Assembly: GCA_965235115.1 (NCBI GenBank)
Contig: OZ249436.1
Coordinates: forward strand, 32,924,001 to 32,988,000
Origin: Laetmonice hystrix
Lineage: Eukaryota
DNA: 64,000 nucleotides
Direction: 5' to 3'
Numbering within the stretch: position 1 is the first letter of the stretch; each line of letters opens with the position of its first letter. Below the pieces are notes generated by a model. The model saw only the letters and a program-made list of their open reading frames with translations, was not told the DNA's origin and did no database searches. Shown piece by piece: positions 25,435 through 38,405 of this stretch. The translations under genes were made by a program, and so were the position numbers.

Positions 25435-25842
25435 CAACACGACGCGACTGCTCATGGGGAGTCGGGTCGCGTCGATGCCCAGATAGTCTGCGGTTGCCCT
25501 AGTGACGCCTCCACAAACGCTTATCGTCCGAACGCTACATAATACACAGTATACGCCTCAAACGTCCCAATTCAAGTTACACTTGATTACTGCACACAAA
25601 GACAAAGGCTACACCTGAGGAGCAAGCCGAGACCCAAGCTCCAAACACTTGTTTAGAGTAAACATTTAGGCCTAATAAATACGGCATGAGACCGTATGGT
25701 ATATTATAACCGGTTCACAGCTTCAATTTGATGTTAAAACACAACGCCTTGTCGGTGTATTACTATGTCAACTGAAGCTTCCATTTATTTCTTTGTTACT
25801 ATTTTTTCAGCGATGAAGTGAGAAGCCTAGGGGATATCTTAC

Positions 25843-25942
25843 TTTCCTCTGGGATGCAATATTCGCCCCTGTAGCCACATTCAGGTTCGTCGAGTGGCGG
25901 TTCCCCGCTCATCCAGTCGATGCCTCTCAGCATTCGGAACGT
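25843..25942 (-). CDS. rGC exon, juxtamembrane (TFRMLRGIDWMSGEPPLDEPECGYRGEYCIPEE)
   Basis: cccacacag acceptor, A|gtaaga donor; I.W..G.PP.DEP.CG..GE.C motif; phase 0 to 1. Confidence 0.95.
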
Positions 25943-26399
25943 CTGTGTGGGAAAGGTGAAACATTACATATGTCAGCAGTTTCACACTGTGAAAACTGAC
26001 CATGTGATTTCAGGTTATGGATGCACCCGACTAGGGTAAAGGCGCCAAAAGCTACTAACAGTCTATAGTGTATAATATGTAAACGCTCGGGTAAGATATG
26101 GTGTGGACTTGTAGGTCTGAGTGGCGGTACGCGGTGTAGAGGCCAATCACGGTTTGAGAGGAAGGTATGTGACGGGGTGCATCCTTTCAAGACATAACCA
26201 ACGCCATTACTCGAGCATTATTTCACACCTAAGTGCCATCTACGGACCAGTACTTTGGAAGGATAGCTATCGGGTTTCTGTCAAAAGAAAAAAACCGTGG
26301 CCCTGGTAGCATTTCTCTAGCAGTGCAGCAAGACCACCAGGAGCTCGGATGACCTCCTACAATTTAAATATTCTATCCATTACTGAGCAGGGAACCTAC

Positions 26400-26548
26400 C
26401 GGAAGAGCCTCGTTGGTAATCTCGAAGTGGCCGACCGGTAGCATGGAGTAGTTGCTGAACTGGGACGGGAACGGCTGGCGAGACAGAACCGTGTAATTGC
26501 CAAGAGCATCTCCATTTCCATCGATGTAAACATAGAATCCCCGCACAC
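26400..26548 (-). CDS. rGC exon, ECD (SVRGFYVYIDGNGDALGNYTVL...EALP)
   Basis: tttctttaaaag acceptor, CCG|gtaggt donor; ID.NGDA.GNYT motif; phase 1 to 0. Confidence 0.93.
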
Positions 26549-26820
26549 CTTTTAAAGAAATTGAGGTAACCGGAAACGGGAGCGGTCGGGAGACTGGAAC
26601 CAACTACAACTATTTTTACATATGGCAAGAATTGGGTCAACGTCCATGTTCCTTAATTTGGTGAAAATCTTATTCTACATGAGATTTAGATCTACGACTG
26701 TAGAAAAATGTTACGGAGAGAAGACTTTACCAAACGGAGTGGAGAGGTGCATGGCTTCCTCTCCGCTATTTGCAATGAAGATTAATATTAGATTATAAAC
26801 TAGCTAGCTGCAGAACTTAC

Positions 26821-26956
26821 TTTGCCAGTACCGGTCTTTGATTCTGTTAAAAATGAGTCGACCGTCGGTTACACTGCCGTTGCTACGTAAAACTTCATCC
26901 AATGCCTGTGCGTAAATACGAACAGCGTCGTACAAGTAAGCTGCGTAGACACTTAT
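26821..26956 (-). CDS. rGC exon, ECD (ISVYAAYLYDAVRIYAQAL...DRYWQS)
   Basis: ctgattcag acceptor, A|gtaagt donor; AAYLYDAV..YA.AL motif; phase 0 to 1. Confidence 0.95.
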
Positions 26957-28836
26957 CTGAATCAGAGGGAAAACATATAATACAGAGCTCAGCATTCTCT
27001 GGTATCTTGGTTTGCTTAATCTTTAGTTTCATATACTACTTATTATCTGCTTTATCTGAATTGGATCAGCTAATCTGACTTTATGAAGATGAGGTTGTCA
27101 ATATCTCCAGTAAAAACCATGTTGTCTTCCCCTCGTCAAGGAAAGGACTCCGTTGATGATTACATATAATTACCAATGGCCCTTTCAATATACATCTCTC
27201 TTGTCTATTATTAAAAGTGTTAATTTATATAGGGATAAACATTCTGGCACACAAAGTTCTGTGATTTATTCACGTCGCAGTAAACACAATATTAATGGTG
27301 AAAATTAAGGAAACTCGCGAGGCGGCGGCCTTGGAGGAGATAAACAACGTCCCAACCTAATAGCACTCATTACCTCTATGCTAATGAGGACACACCTAAG
27401 TGCCCTAGTAGGGTCGCGCCCGGTGCTAGGGTGTCTGCCTAAATGACACAGCGGCACCATAACCTCGCCGGAGAGACAGGGACATGGAGCTAACAGTTAA
27501 ACCAGAAACAGACCTTCCAACCTTGAGAATTATAAAAGAGTGAGCTAATTGGCGCATTGGGGGGGGGGGCAATCCGGGGCATTGTTTTCTTGGAATACTT
27601 TGGTCAGAAAGGCTAACATAGGCTATTCACTGGGAGACGCAACATTCTAAAGCATAAAACTTTGAAATTTCAGTAAGAGAACCATATTAAGGGCAGTGTT
27701 TTGGAAGAATATCTGATTGTGTGAGAGCGTGGAATGGATGCGGAATCCGTGGGGCTGCGTCGGCCCAAGTCTACAGAAATGGTACCTAATTTCTGTTCTG
27801 CTTTTGAGAAATTCCAGTAAAGACGCCTCTGGGACTTGCGATTTGGAACCGCTCATATGCCCCTTCACCCGGTTTTCAAATCCTATTTGAAGAGAAAATT
27901 TCATGTAAATAAGTAGACAAATTATCTACACAATCCTTAGAACTATGGGCGTCGCGGGGGGGGGGGGCACACCTGGAATATATGAGAAAAAAATGTCATA
28001 ACGTGTATTAAAATTCACGTGAAACGACAATGTGATTGGCTCCACCCTCCATATCAAGTTGTGTGCCCCCCTAGCGACGCCCATGCTTGGAACGCCACGG
28101 CGACGCATATACTTTTTATCGAATAGCCGCCTGCACCTGTCACGCAACAGACGGTCGAGTAAATCGGCGAGGCGAGGGGAGGGTATATAAAATGTCAATC
28201 ATCCACCCCAGGATGGTAGGTCTCCCTCAATCAACCCCTCTCACTCTCACTGGATGCAAATATCTACATGTGATCCCATTTACAAATTCTGGGATGGCTC
28301 TTCTAACCTTAAGTGGAACCCATACCGGGCCCAACACCCTAACCATCGCGTGGCACCAGAGATCCCTCCGCGAGGTAATAAGATACTTGTGTCTCACAGC
28401 AGGTCGCCGTGTCGCACGCCATGCTCAGTGCGGTGGCGACTTGTCCAGGGTAGGACACCGCCAAGAGAGCCGCGGTATTGTTGAGCGTGAAATGAATATA
28501 GCCGGCACGAGACTGGTTTTGTAGGAAGATCGGTGGTAAGCAATTTATCTCCGAGATGTAGTTCGTGAGAGATTACAGTCAATCCGCAACAAGTGTGCCC
28601 AATTTTAGGGGTAGAGGTTTTGTCGGACACAAAGTTTGGGGGGGGGGGGGGGTTCAAATTCAACTTGGCACCTGACACTAGTGAAAAAAACCTTTTTGAT
28701 CTCGATGGAGGAATTAGGCCTGTCTATATCCTCCTGATGTAGAAACCTTGTGTGTGATAACTGTTTTACAACACACCTGAGAGGAACACGAAAACATGTT
28801 GAATTCAGACAAACAGATAATGAAAGCAAACCTAAC

Positions 28837-29009
28837 CCTTTTTGGAATCTGGAAAGGATTTGGAAAATTGAAGGGGCTTTGTTCGTTGTATTTATCGACG
28901 GATCTTTGGAAGTTGGCGTATCTTGAGTTGGATGGCGGCGATGACACGATCACAAACAGAGACCGTGCTGCCGCCAGGTTCCGTTGGCTGTTCGGTGGGT
29001 CCCACGTCC
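28837..29009 (-). CDS. rGC exon, ECD (RTWDPPNSQRNLAAARSLFVIV...YNEQSPFNFPNPFQIPKR)
   Basis: ttacttgcag acceptor, AGG|gttagg donor; PFNF.NP motif; phase 1 to 0. Confidence 0.9.
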
Positions 29010-31348
29010 CTGCAAGTAAACATTGAAATCGTCACGATGAATGGCAAACAATTCAAAAACCTCACGTAGGGAATAGGCCAGCATCAACAAAAATCGGGCT
29101 GCTTGTGGAAAATCAAAGGAAATCCCCATTTTCCTTTGATGCCAATAGAGTACGCTTTGTTCATTTAACACTCTGGATTATGTAAGGTTCTTTTGTTTTA
29201 CATTTTTTGAGGGATGGATGGCCGGAATATACGTTTTTCTTTACGTCCCCTTCCCTTCCCCTTAAACATCCCCTCAAATTGTTTGGTTCTGCTAGTACAT
29301 CAAGCCATGAGATGCAGTGGCACACTTCTCTTGACAGTGGAGGATGTTGGGCCGCCCCTGGCCTTCTTTCCTTCACAGTTATGCCGACGTCGCTGTCCAA
29401 ATCCGAGTCAGGTGGTTCTCTGGTTTGGATCATGTTTAAAATAGTAATGTGTAAAATAGTATTACAAGGATGATAAATTGGGGGATAATGCCCTGCCGGC
29501 AGTATTCCAGCCATAATTAGGGTGACTAATAATATTTTTTAACTTGTTGAGTCATGGGACCTCTCGTACCCCCAAGTCCCAGGGGCGGGTTGGTGGTGAG
29601 GATGAAGTGAAAAAGAGCCGAGTGTTGGGTTGCTCCTCAAGCTGAAGGAGGCTCTTTTGACCTTGAGCTAATTATGATTAGTCCACGTTTGAACAAAGCG
29701 TTTCCTTAAGTCGTGCATGATTAAAATCGAGTCCCATCTAGGGGTTATTATAAGTTTTTCCACATCCCCTTGATCGGAATTATAAGTTTTTTTCCTCTTT
29801 CTTTTATCGGAAGTGGTTGGTGCTGCGAGGCGTGCATTTGAGATATTCCTCAAGTGAACAATATTTGCGCTGCGGAAGTGCAGGACGTACTCAAAGCACA
29901 TTCGCTTCAAGCATTGGCAAACCGGAACTGGCATTAACACCAGTCCCAGCTAAGGAAGGAAATAACCACCTTGGTTTAAATCCCCTCCCAAAAAAGGGGT
30001 CGTTGGTCTTGCTTCCATTCATAGTCGAATCATGTTTGTTCAGCCGTGTCTCAGGGTTGTCAATGACAGGGGGAGTGTTTGCTGAGAACTCGCCCAACAC
30101 GGAATGCACTGAACGACAGTTATTGACAGTTTGGCTCTCGCTGTTCAGGATGCGCTATAGTTCGACACTTTTCTACGTGATTTATACAAGTTGCTGGTCA
30201 GTGGAAATCGTGTGTGTGTGTTGGGGGTGGGGGGGGGGACGCCCCCTTTTTACCCCTATTTTTCTCTTTCTTTTTTTCTAATAGAGTTCCCTGAGTAAAA
30301 TCTGCTGGGTATTGCCTCCTCTTGCCAGCTTTCCCTCGTGCACCCTCCCATCCTTCCTCCAAAATCTTGGATTGCCTGCGCTCATGCAGGTATATGGATA
30401 TACTAGCGACATATATTTTATTATATTAGGCAGTCTTTAAGGTGTTGTCATAGCAGGACTGGAGACGCCGCAATGTTCATTAAAAAGTGTCGGTGGTCCC
30501 TTTTATGCCGGTCAAAGTTCGCAGATATTTGTCGTCTTCCAGACACAGAACAATCTTGTCTGCCTCTGCCGAATTGTCTCTTCGCAGTATTATTTTCAAC
30601 CTTGAGGTCTCGTTGTATTTTCATCCCCTCTTTTCCATTGTAGACAGTGAACAATGAGAAACTGATCAGAATATAAAGTGGCTGACCGGAAAGAGACATT
30701 TACCGAAAGGCTGAGATACGAACTGTAATTGATAGGTATTACTGTGTCGTCTGCTGTCTACAGCACGTTAGATGACGGAGCGACCGACACCACTGTGTCG
30801 TCTGCTATCATATCACGTCAGAGGACGCAGCGGCGGACACCGTCGATAGAGACAAATACCAGAAGATGGATCTTCTGCAGACTCACTTCAGATTTACATA
30901 GTCAATTACTTCTATTAATTACGCCCACTTGTTATTTTTTAACATTAATCGTGAAAATATTCCCGTTGGGGCCCGGGATGAACCCCCGGCCCCTCTCCTC
31001 ACTATTTCGTATTCTGTTTTCACCCAGAATATGGCCTTCGATATCGGCAGGACGTAAAACCACCACTAGCCGCTCAGTCAATCATCGTGAAAATATAATT
31101 ATTCGATCAAATAACATAAAGATATATGGTTTTTCATTTGAAAAAAAAAATCGAGGATTCCAATAATGTTCGATTCTATTCGCAAGCATCATCTGCCTAG
31201 AAATCAGGTTGTTCTCACCACGGCCTACAGCTATCGTCATGCGTCATGTTTGAAACGATGCCAAAATATAATGGCACCGGCCCACTATTCTACGATGGGC
31301 CCAACATCGATTTAAACCTTGCTGCTAAAGCGAAATTAAGTAGCTTTA

Positions 31349-31850
31349 TTGTCCATACGTATTTTTCGTTTCAATACCTGGCAATTCCGCGGTAAGGTCA
31401 TAATGAAGAAAACCTCAAATAATATACTTGAAGCCCTGCATTCCGAATACAGCAAGCACCGTTGTAAGTCGGAAATCGAAAGGTCGTGGCCCTGGTTGGA
31501 CCTACTGGGTGACGAATTTGATGGTACTCTGGCCGAGAATTGCAATTGCAGGTACCGAATTTTCAACCATAGCGCTATTCTGTTTAAAGCATTCACACTA
31601 CAGCCGAGAATGAAGCCAACATATTCCTTCTTACGTTCCCTGAGTTGAAATCTCCACGACCGCGGGTCTGCGCAAGCAGGTCTGACTCAGATGATAGCCG
31701 TCGCCAGGGCTGCTTGAGTGGCCAGCCGGAAGTTCCGGCAGAGCAAGACGACCGACTTGCCGTTGAGCACATCCCACATCTAGCCGCAAAATATACAATG
31801 AAAAGCGCGCCGTCCGACGGGATTTGTGCGTACAGGTATTCTTTCAGAAC
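31349..31850 (+). pseudogene. Decayed Ty3/gypsy-type integrase fragment
   Basis: QFRGKVI...IERSW...RYRIFNHSAILFKAFTL, then (frameshifted) KIYNEKRAVRRDL, resemble QF.S...VER.N...AYR...HS.TGFSPF.L and K.YYD...R.L. Confidence 0.45.
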
Positions 31851-33119
31851 ACGTAGGAATGGTTATTTGTTGGTGGATAGAGGGGGGGGGTAACCTGAGA
31901 GGCACAGTGACCGGCCTTCAAGAAACCGGCCAGGTCACCAAACTACCGCTGCTAATTTGTCCCTACAAGCCACCATAGAAAGTCCCAGGACACCGGATGC
32001 AGCCGTTTTGGGGCAGATTCCAGGAGCAGAGCTTGACGTGCCCCTGCACCCACAGATTATCCACGACAATTCCGACGTTCTGGAGACAGCTCAGCACTTA
32101 CATTCAACATGCTATTTGGGAGCGCCACCAGTCGCGAGTAGCAATTGTGACTGTCTATTCGGACTGTGCCGGACGCCCATGCTTTCTACCACTTTCGGCC
32201 TGCGGTCAATACGTCAGCCAGGGAACATGCCTGCGGTTTTAAGCTTGGCAAATGTATTCTTATCTACAGAAATACAGAACTGGTTCCCCATTCCCACCTT
32301 TATAGTATATTAGAACGATTCAGCCTACCACTGTTTAGCTAGAAATGCAAAGGGGCGTGCATACTTAAATCATTAGAATGAATTCGCAATGACGAAAATG
32401 AGGGAGAATTTTTGTATGCAGGCATGGATATTATTGTTAACTGTTAACGCTACCGGGAGCGTACCGGAGTGTAACGGTTATCGCGTTTACTCGCCAGCTT
32501 ATATTTCGGCAGGTTGACTCCGAATTTAGGCAGACATTAAGCACTAGTATAAAGGGACCAAGTATGCGCAGGAGGACGCCCATACGGAACCACCCCTGAT
32601 AAACGAATAGAACTCCGTCCTTCACTCGCCCAGTAGATCACATTTCAACAGGTTAATAAATTTACCCAATCCGTAAAATTCACGGCACTGTCCTCTTGAG
32701 AGGTCCAATAAATTGGATAACTAGAGAGGGAGCACATTTATGCCACAGTAATCCTGAAGTTGAAGCTGCGTGTTACTGTCAAATTGGTCTTACTCAGCCA
32801 GCCTTCAGCAGGAGTGCCTGCAGCTGATCGAATTAGGCCTAATCGTGTCAGCTTGATATCAGCCATTGGGGAGCTTATTTGAGTGGAACAAAATTTATGG
32901 AAGAGATTGATTTGTTCTGCCTACAATGTTTCGCTTAGTGATAACAATGGAACAAGAGCGGTAAGCGTGTTTATAGACAGAATATTTTGGCGTTTACCTT
33001 CTACTACAACTATTTGGAACATACTCGGAGTGTACACACTTTAAACTCGTTGAAAGTTGTTGACACCTTTTTCCATACAGCCTGAAGACTCATCCGGTTG
33101 TAATGATAAAAAAACGGCT

Positions 33120-33500
33120 GATACATCCTTCCTATGCAATATGTTGTCATCCTTGATCAGAATCTTTTTTCGTTCTTAGATTATGCAAAATTAATGAAGG
33201 AAATAGCAGTGGTGTTTCTCTTCTTGAAAATAGTATGGCATTATTTTTTCTTAAGTGGAAGAAGGGCAGAGTAGAAAATGGCTTCTAGTCTTATGGCGGC
33301 CTCAAACACGTTATCTTTGGCGGACATCTGGTGAGGAGCTATCGCCGACGTCAAGCCGTAAGTGTTTGCCCCAGAGTATACAGACAGGCGACACGATTGG
33401 TATGAGTAATGGAAGCCGTCAAACCGGGGTCCACGACGGTCATATACCAGCGCGCGTCCAGATATATTATGTATCACTGCATATATGTATAATGTATTCC
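33120..33500 (+). pseudogene. Possible decayed L1/Tx1-type APE endonuclease fragment
   Basis: LADIW*...SARPDILCIT resembles L.DIWR...ARLD.FL.S; several stops; by eye only. Confidence 0.3.
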
Positions 33501-33989
33501 GACCAGTTGCATTTCTTTCGGCCTGCAGGTTTATATGTATTGTTGATAGATGTGAATACATTGTATCTTTATCTCTTGTCACTATAATCAACGAGATATC
33601 TTGAATCTTGAATCTTCTTTCTCTTGAGTAATCGAAATTCCGGATCAGTTTGCATGTGTGGGTTGGAGAGAGTTTATGCCACTATGCCTTGGATTGATGC
33701 ATCAATAGAGGAGCCATAACGGTTGAACCCACGCTTTACGGCTGTGGGTTCCGACACACATCATGCACCTTTTATCTTGAGGCATCAAACAGTCTCCGGG
33801 GATGACGTTATCGGCAGCAACTAGGAATAGATATCCTTCAGTCGACAGAATATTAATTGGAAGCCTTGAACTGCGACTTTAATACTCGCCATTTATGCCC
33901 TTCACTGATGCAACCTTTTTATGTAATCTGTGATCTACGTCAGGTGTCAAGGCTTCCTTTGAGGATTACTCACATCAGATGTCAAAAGG

Positions 33990-34116
33990 AGTATGTGAGA
34001 AAATTGTGTTACTTGTTGCAGGTCCGCTGGCTCTGTGCGGGTATTCCGGTCTCCCCCCCACTACTTTAAGAGACCGACCCGATATGACCCGGGCAGTTGT
34101 GGGGGCGTACACCCCA
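33990..34116 (+). mobile_element. Decayed SINE central/3' segment
   Basis: gcgggtattccggtctcc...gaccgacccgatatgacc..gttgtgggggcgtacacc resembles, from memory, invertebrate tRNA-SINE body and tail motifs. Confidence 0.4.
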
Positions 34117-35786
34117 ATCGCTATCCGTATCTCGCCCGACCACCAACCTCGTATCAGTAGAACATCCCTCGCAGGTCTGTGCAGCCGGAATTGACCTCCG
34201 TGTCACTCACTTTTTTACCTATCAGTGTGCGTGGCTTGGAGCTGGATTATTGAAATCAGGATTAAGTCTAGATAGAGTGTGTCGATTCCATAAGTCTATT
34301 GCCACAAAATTCGGCCTGACAGAAGGCACCAACCAAGTCCACTCCCCCCTCAAGAAAAAAAACACGCGACATTATGCAGGCTCTTAGGTTTTTAACCAGT
34401 TATTTCAGACCCACTAACGCCAGGCGTAGACATACAATGACCCCGGTATGAACCGAACGTCATGATCTCATGTGAACACTGTCGGTAAAGGTTGGGCTTT
34501 GGTGACAGACTGTGTGATGTCTTCAGCAACAGCAACATGTCAGCTTCACGGATTGTCACTTCCCACGTTATAGACGACTTCCAACCTTTGAATGGAAACA
34601 TCTAACACTAACCCTAAAACATTTTAGTAATTTAATTAGGTTAACAGATTCAGTGGGCCTGATTTAGTGGGTAAATTAAAAATCTGGATAGAATATTTAA
34701 ACTATAAATTTCCCAAATCTTTTTGGGGGCATGCTTCTAGGTTCTCCTTAGCGACCATATAGCCCCTTTGCCAATTAAAAAATAGATTCCCCCCAAGACA
34801 TGTCCATCCCTTTCTAAAACCTAGGTTTTTTTTAAAGTGATTTATACACGAAATAAAAAAAGAAAGAACGTTCATCTGTACCATCTGCAGATACAAAATG
34901 ACGGCGTGCTCGTTTGTTGGAAAAGAATGTCCAAAATGGGGTTCACATTTGGTTTTTGACGCATGCAGATATAGACAATCACCCTCGCAACTGGCCAGAA
35001 AACAAAAATTAGGCCTCATGTCCAGATGTGTTATAGAGTCCTCATTAAGGGTTACTCGTAGTCCATTAAGTTTCCAACTCGTTTCTTTTTGCTTGATTGG
35101 TATTTGGGCATACAAAGGAAATTAGTACTTTCATCGACAAGATCATTAATTAGTGAAATACATGGTAGGGGTCGTTATCTCTGAAACTAGATCATTATCA
35201 GTAGATTTCTTATCTCTCAAACTAGATCATTATCAGTGTAATTAGCCTGGTTCTACATTCAGACCAGAACCCTCGTCTGTTGGTCAGCCGTTCCACCATT
35301 TGATGAAATGCCACACTATTCTCAATGCCGGACATATTAAATCCGTGGACATATTATTGTGGAGATATAATGAAGTAACAGATGGTCGATGTACCTCTTT
35401 GACCTAGGACGTATCCCGCAGTCACACTCAGGTCATATACCTTGCCAATGTCAATCCGAGGATTCTAGTAGTTTGGTAGCCATAAAAGACCAGCTGGGGT
35501 GAAAAAGGCGGCAAACGATAGAACGACTGAGACACCAAGGACGATCTCGCAAACCGTTCGCTGCATTGTATTTCGGGCTAATGGCCTCACAAGATTTTGT
35601 TAAACGTTATTTTGTCCTGACTTTGAAGAAAATAAAATATATTTGCCTCGTTATTTTGTGACGAAAAACGTCACTTGTGCATAAATCGTTCCCAATGGGA
35701 ATTCTGTTATCATTAGCGCGTTAACCATATCTGCATAAACAGCTTTTTCTTGACCCCGTAGGGTTTTCATTGGTGTCAAATGTCAT

Positions 35787-35858
35787 TGGAGATGCCGGGG
35801 ATTGAACCGGGGACCTTACACATGCGAAGCGAACGTTCTACCACTGAACTACACCCCC
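35787..35858 (-). tRNA. trnA-CGC: tRNA-Ala(CGC) gene or pseudogene, intronic
   Basis: GGGGGTGTAGTTCAGTGGTAGAACGTTCGCTTCGCATGTGTAAGGTCCCCGGTTCAATCCCCGGCATCTCCA: 72-nt cloverleaf with G3:U70 and A/B boxes; one mismatch each in the anticodon and T stems. Confidence 0.8.
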
Positions 35859-36689
35859 TTTCATAAAAATAATAGAAGACTCAATTTTTAAAAACCACTT
35901 ATGAAGAGTATGATGTGAAAACCTACATCATGGGCCAGGCTCAAAAATTGTTTAAATCGATTTTAATGTACCCACTTTATGCGAGGTAAATCAATTTTAT
36001 GAGAACATAAGAGTGATATTATGCAATTTTTTCACAATGATAGGCCTATACAAATCTGCAATCTGATCAGACTTTGTATTATTCGACATTCTCGCCATAG
36101 TTCTGCCCGAAAATGATTTAAACAGATAATTTAGGGCTACTAAGTTCTTCACATTACGGAATTTTCATGCATACATGACCATCTTTTTATTTGAATATAT
36201 AAGTGAAGGGAATTTTTTCATCTCTATGGGCAGAACATAAGGCTGCCATTTTATGTCTATATTCATAAGGCTTGAACAAAACAAAAACCTAATTATGGAG
36301 AGAGTAATGCATGGATGCTGCTCCACTGCCATTGGGACATTAACAAAGTTAATCTTGATATAAAACATACTGAGATAAAAAAGGGTAATAATACAAATCA
36401 AGACGAGTAATTGAGATGCAAGGAACGAGCAACTCTCAGTAAATTTTTCATTGGTACCGCATCGATAAATAATGTGGCGGAACAACTGAATCAGCAACGT
36501 TGAAGAAATCTGAGCCGTTACTCTGCGCCTTCACCAATCTACGGAAGCGTATTGCTGCCACGTGAAGAAGAAAAAAATAATTGTTTGTACGACTTAATAA
36601 GTCGTACGTACGATCACAATCACATGTGTAGGCTCGATATAAAAGTCCTGCTCCTGCTGATAGATACATACATGTACATGTATACATAT

Positions 36690-36772
36690 ACAAAGAGAGA
36701 AAGATACAGACAGACAGAGACAAAGAGACAGACAGACAGACAGACAGACACAGACAGACACAGACAAAGACA
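36690..36772. repeat. (GACA)/(GA) compound microsatellite
   Basis: Seen directly. Confidence 0.9.
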
Positions 36773-36829
36773 TATCCATCCCTTCCCTCCATTGTGAATA
36801 TTGCTAGATATTAAATGTTTCTGCCTTAC

Positions 36830-36976
36830 GTTTGAAATACCGTAGTCTGTCTATGCCATCAAAAGTTGCGAAGTCAGTGTGGATGACGATGTAGTCGCCA
36901 GAAACCAGCAAGCCGCGGTTGTCCAGACTGGCTTGCAAGTCGATCATGGCGTCGTGCTCTCCCAAGAAGACGTAAA
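36830..36976 (-). CDS. rGC exon, ECD (VYVFLGEHDAMIDLQASLDNRGLLVSGDYIVI...YFKR)
   Basis: gtgttttag acceptor, C|gtaagg donor; continues the TR|VYVFLG and GLL..GDY motifs; phase 1 to 1. Confidence 0.92.
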
Positions 36977-38101
36977 CTAAAACACAGAAAATTGTTCTAA
37001 TTATGTAGCTTTATATACTCTGAATTAACAAAAACAAAAACAAAAAAGTGATATTTCTCAATTAATCGAACATGCCCGCCAGCCAGCCAGTGTGCTGCGT
37101 CCACAAGGCCAGGTTGTTAACCCAGAAAACCAAGGGTCTCTCAAGATAGATAATTCAGCTAATTTCGCGAAAAGACCCATGTATACTAATGAGCGTATTC
37201 ATGGTGCCCCGTGTGCGCCGGTCACTCTACAGCAATCACGGCTACAACACGACAACCTTAATTCAGTTCACACTTGGCTTTCACGGGATTCTATAACAGG
37301 AAACATCTGCACAAGCATGCACTGTAACAGGACAGGGTCACTTCTCATTTCTTCCTGTATTTTATAGAGTTCATCAAGAGCAATCTGCTGTGATTAAGTA
37401 TGTACCTTGATTTCAAAAACACCGTTTGCCATTAATAGGCAATTCATTTTATGGAGTACGCAAAATAGTTACCGCATAATTAACAGCGGATGAAACCATG
37501 CAGTTTTTAACTTTGAATATAGAACGTTGATTAACGGATCCAGAATGAATATTAAGTTCATTCCTTTCTCTTTTAAATAACCTTCTGTACTAGTAAGTGC
37601 TGATACTTTTGACTGACACAGAATGTGAAACCTTCTCTGTGCCTCTAGGTATTATCGTTCTCTGCAACTGTAGTACCGACACAGGAGTCCGTCAGATCGG
37701 GCCGATAGGCCGATCTTTTTCCTTCATACATGAATTGTCCATAACTTCCGCCCGAGTTTCAGACACTTCTTGGTCAGTTAAAGAAAGGCTTTTGTAAATC
37801 ACGCTTCGTAAGCCACACTGTGCCTAAGTCTGTGAGCTTTGTAATCCCCCAAGCGCACCTTATTTATTGAAATGTTTTCTCCATTCTTGAAGTTATATTT
37901 TACAGAATCACATGTAACATGTAGAGGAAATAGTAGAATATTATATTGACAGCATTCCCCGGGCCGTCAAAAACGAGATAATCACCAAAACAAAGTAGTT
38001 TGTATAATACCGACATGTTTCACCAAGGACTGATTTTAAATTATTTTGATTTTGATTATTTTAAATGCGTCATCCCGACTTGTAGCCAGGAAATAACTCA
38101 C

Positions 38102-38405
38102 CTCTTGTGTCTATATACGACCTCTGAACTATAGACGGGAACTGATTGCCTTTGATCCTCGGCATGTGCGGTTCGCGGAAAACAAACTTTCCGTTGATGG
38201 TGAAGTTATGAACGCCGGCTAACTCTTCCAGTTTTTCTCCGATTGTTTTCCATTTGCTCGACGAGCCAACCACCAAGGTAAATCTTCTCCATGAGAAGTT
38301 GTCGAGTAGTGCTATGATAGAGCGCGTCACTTCTTTGGCAGGGGGAAATGTCCGGGCGAAGGTAGGGTAACGTTCCTTGTCCGACACTCTGTGGTCTGCG
38401 CATTT
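38102..38405 (-). CDS. rGC exon, extracellular domain (KCADHRVSDKERYPTFARTFPP...SYIDTR)
   Basis: ttttacag acceptor, G|gtgagt donor; conserved SDK..YPTFART motif; phase 0 to 1. Confidence 0.95.

Larger units (their letters stand above)
1819..38405 (-). other. Receptor-type guanylyl cyclase gene (NPR/Gyc76C-like), partial: 16 internal exons, 759 codons
   Basis: Manually spliced GT-AG exons join in frame and give ANF-receptor ECD, PECGYRGEYC, TM helix, pseudokinase ([19 protein letters not shown]), coiled coil, then cyclase start ([11 protein letters not shown]). Both gene ends are missing from the traced model. Confidence 0.97.
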
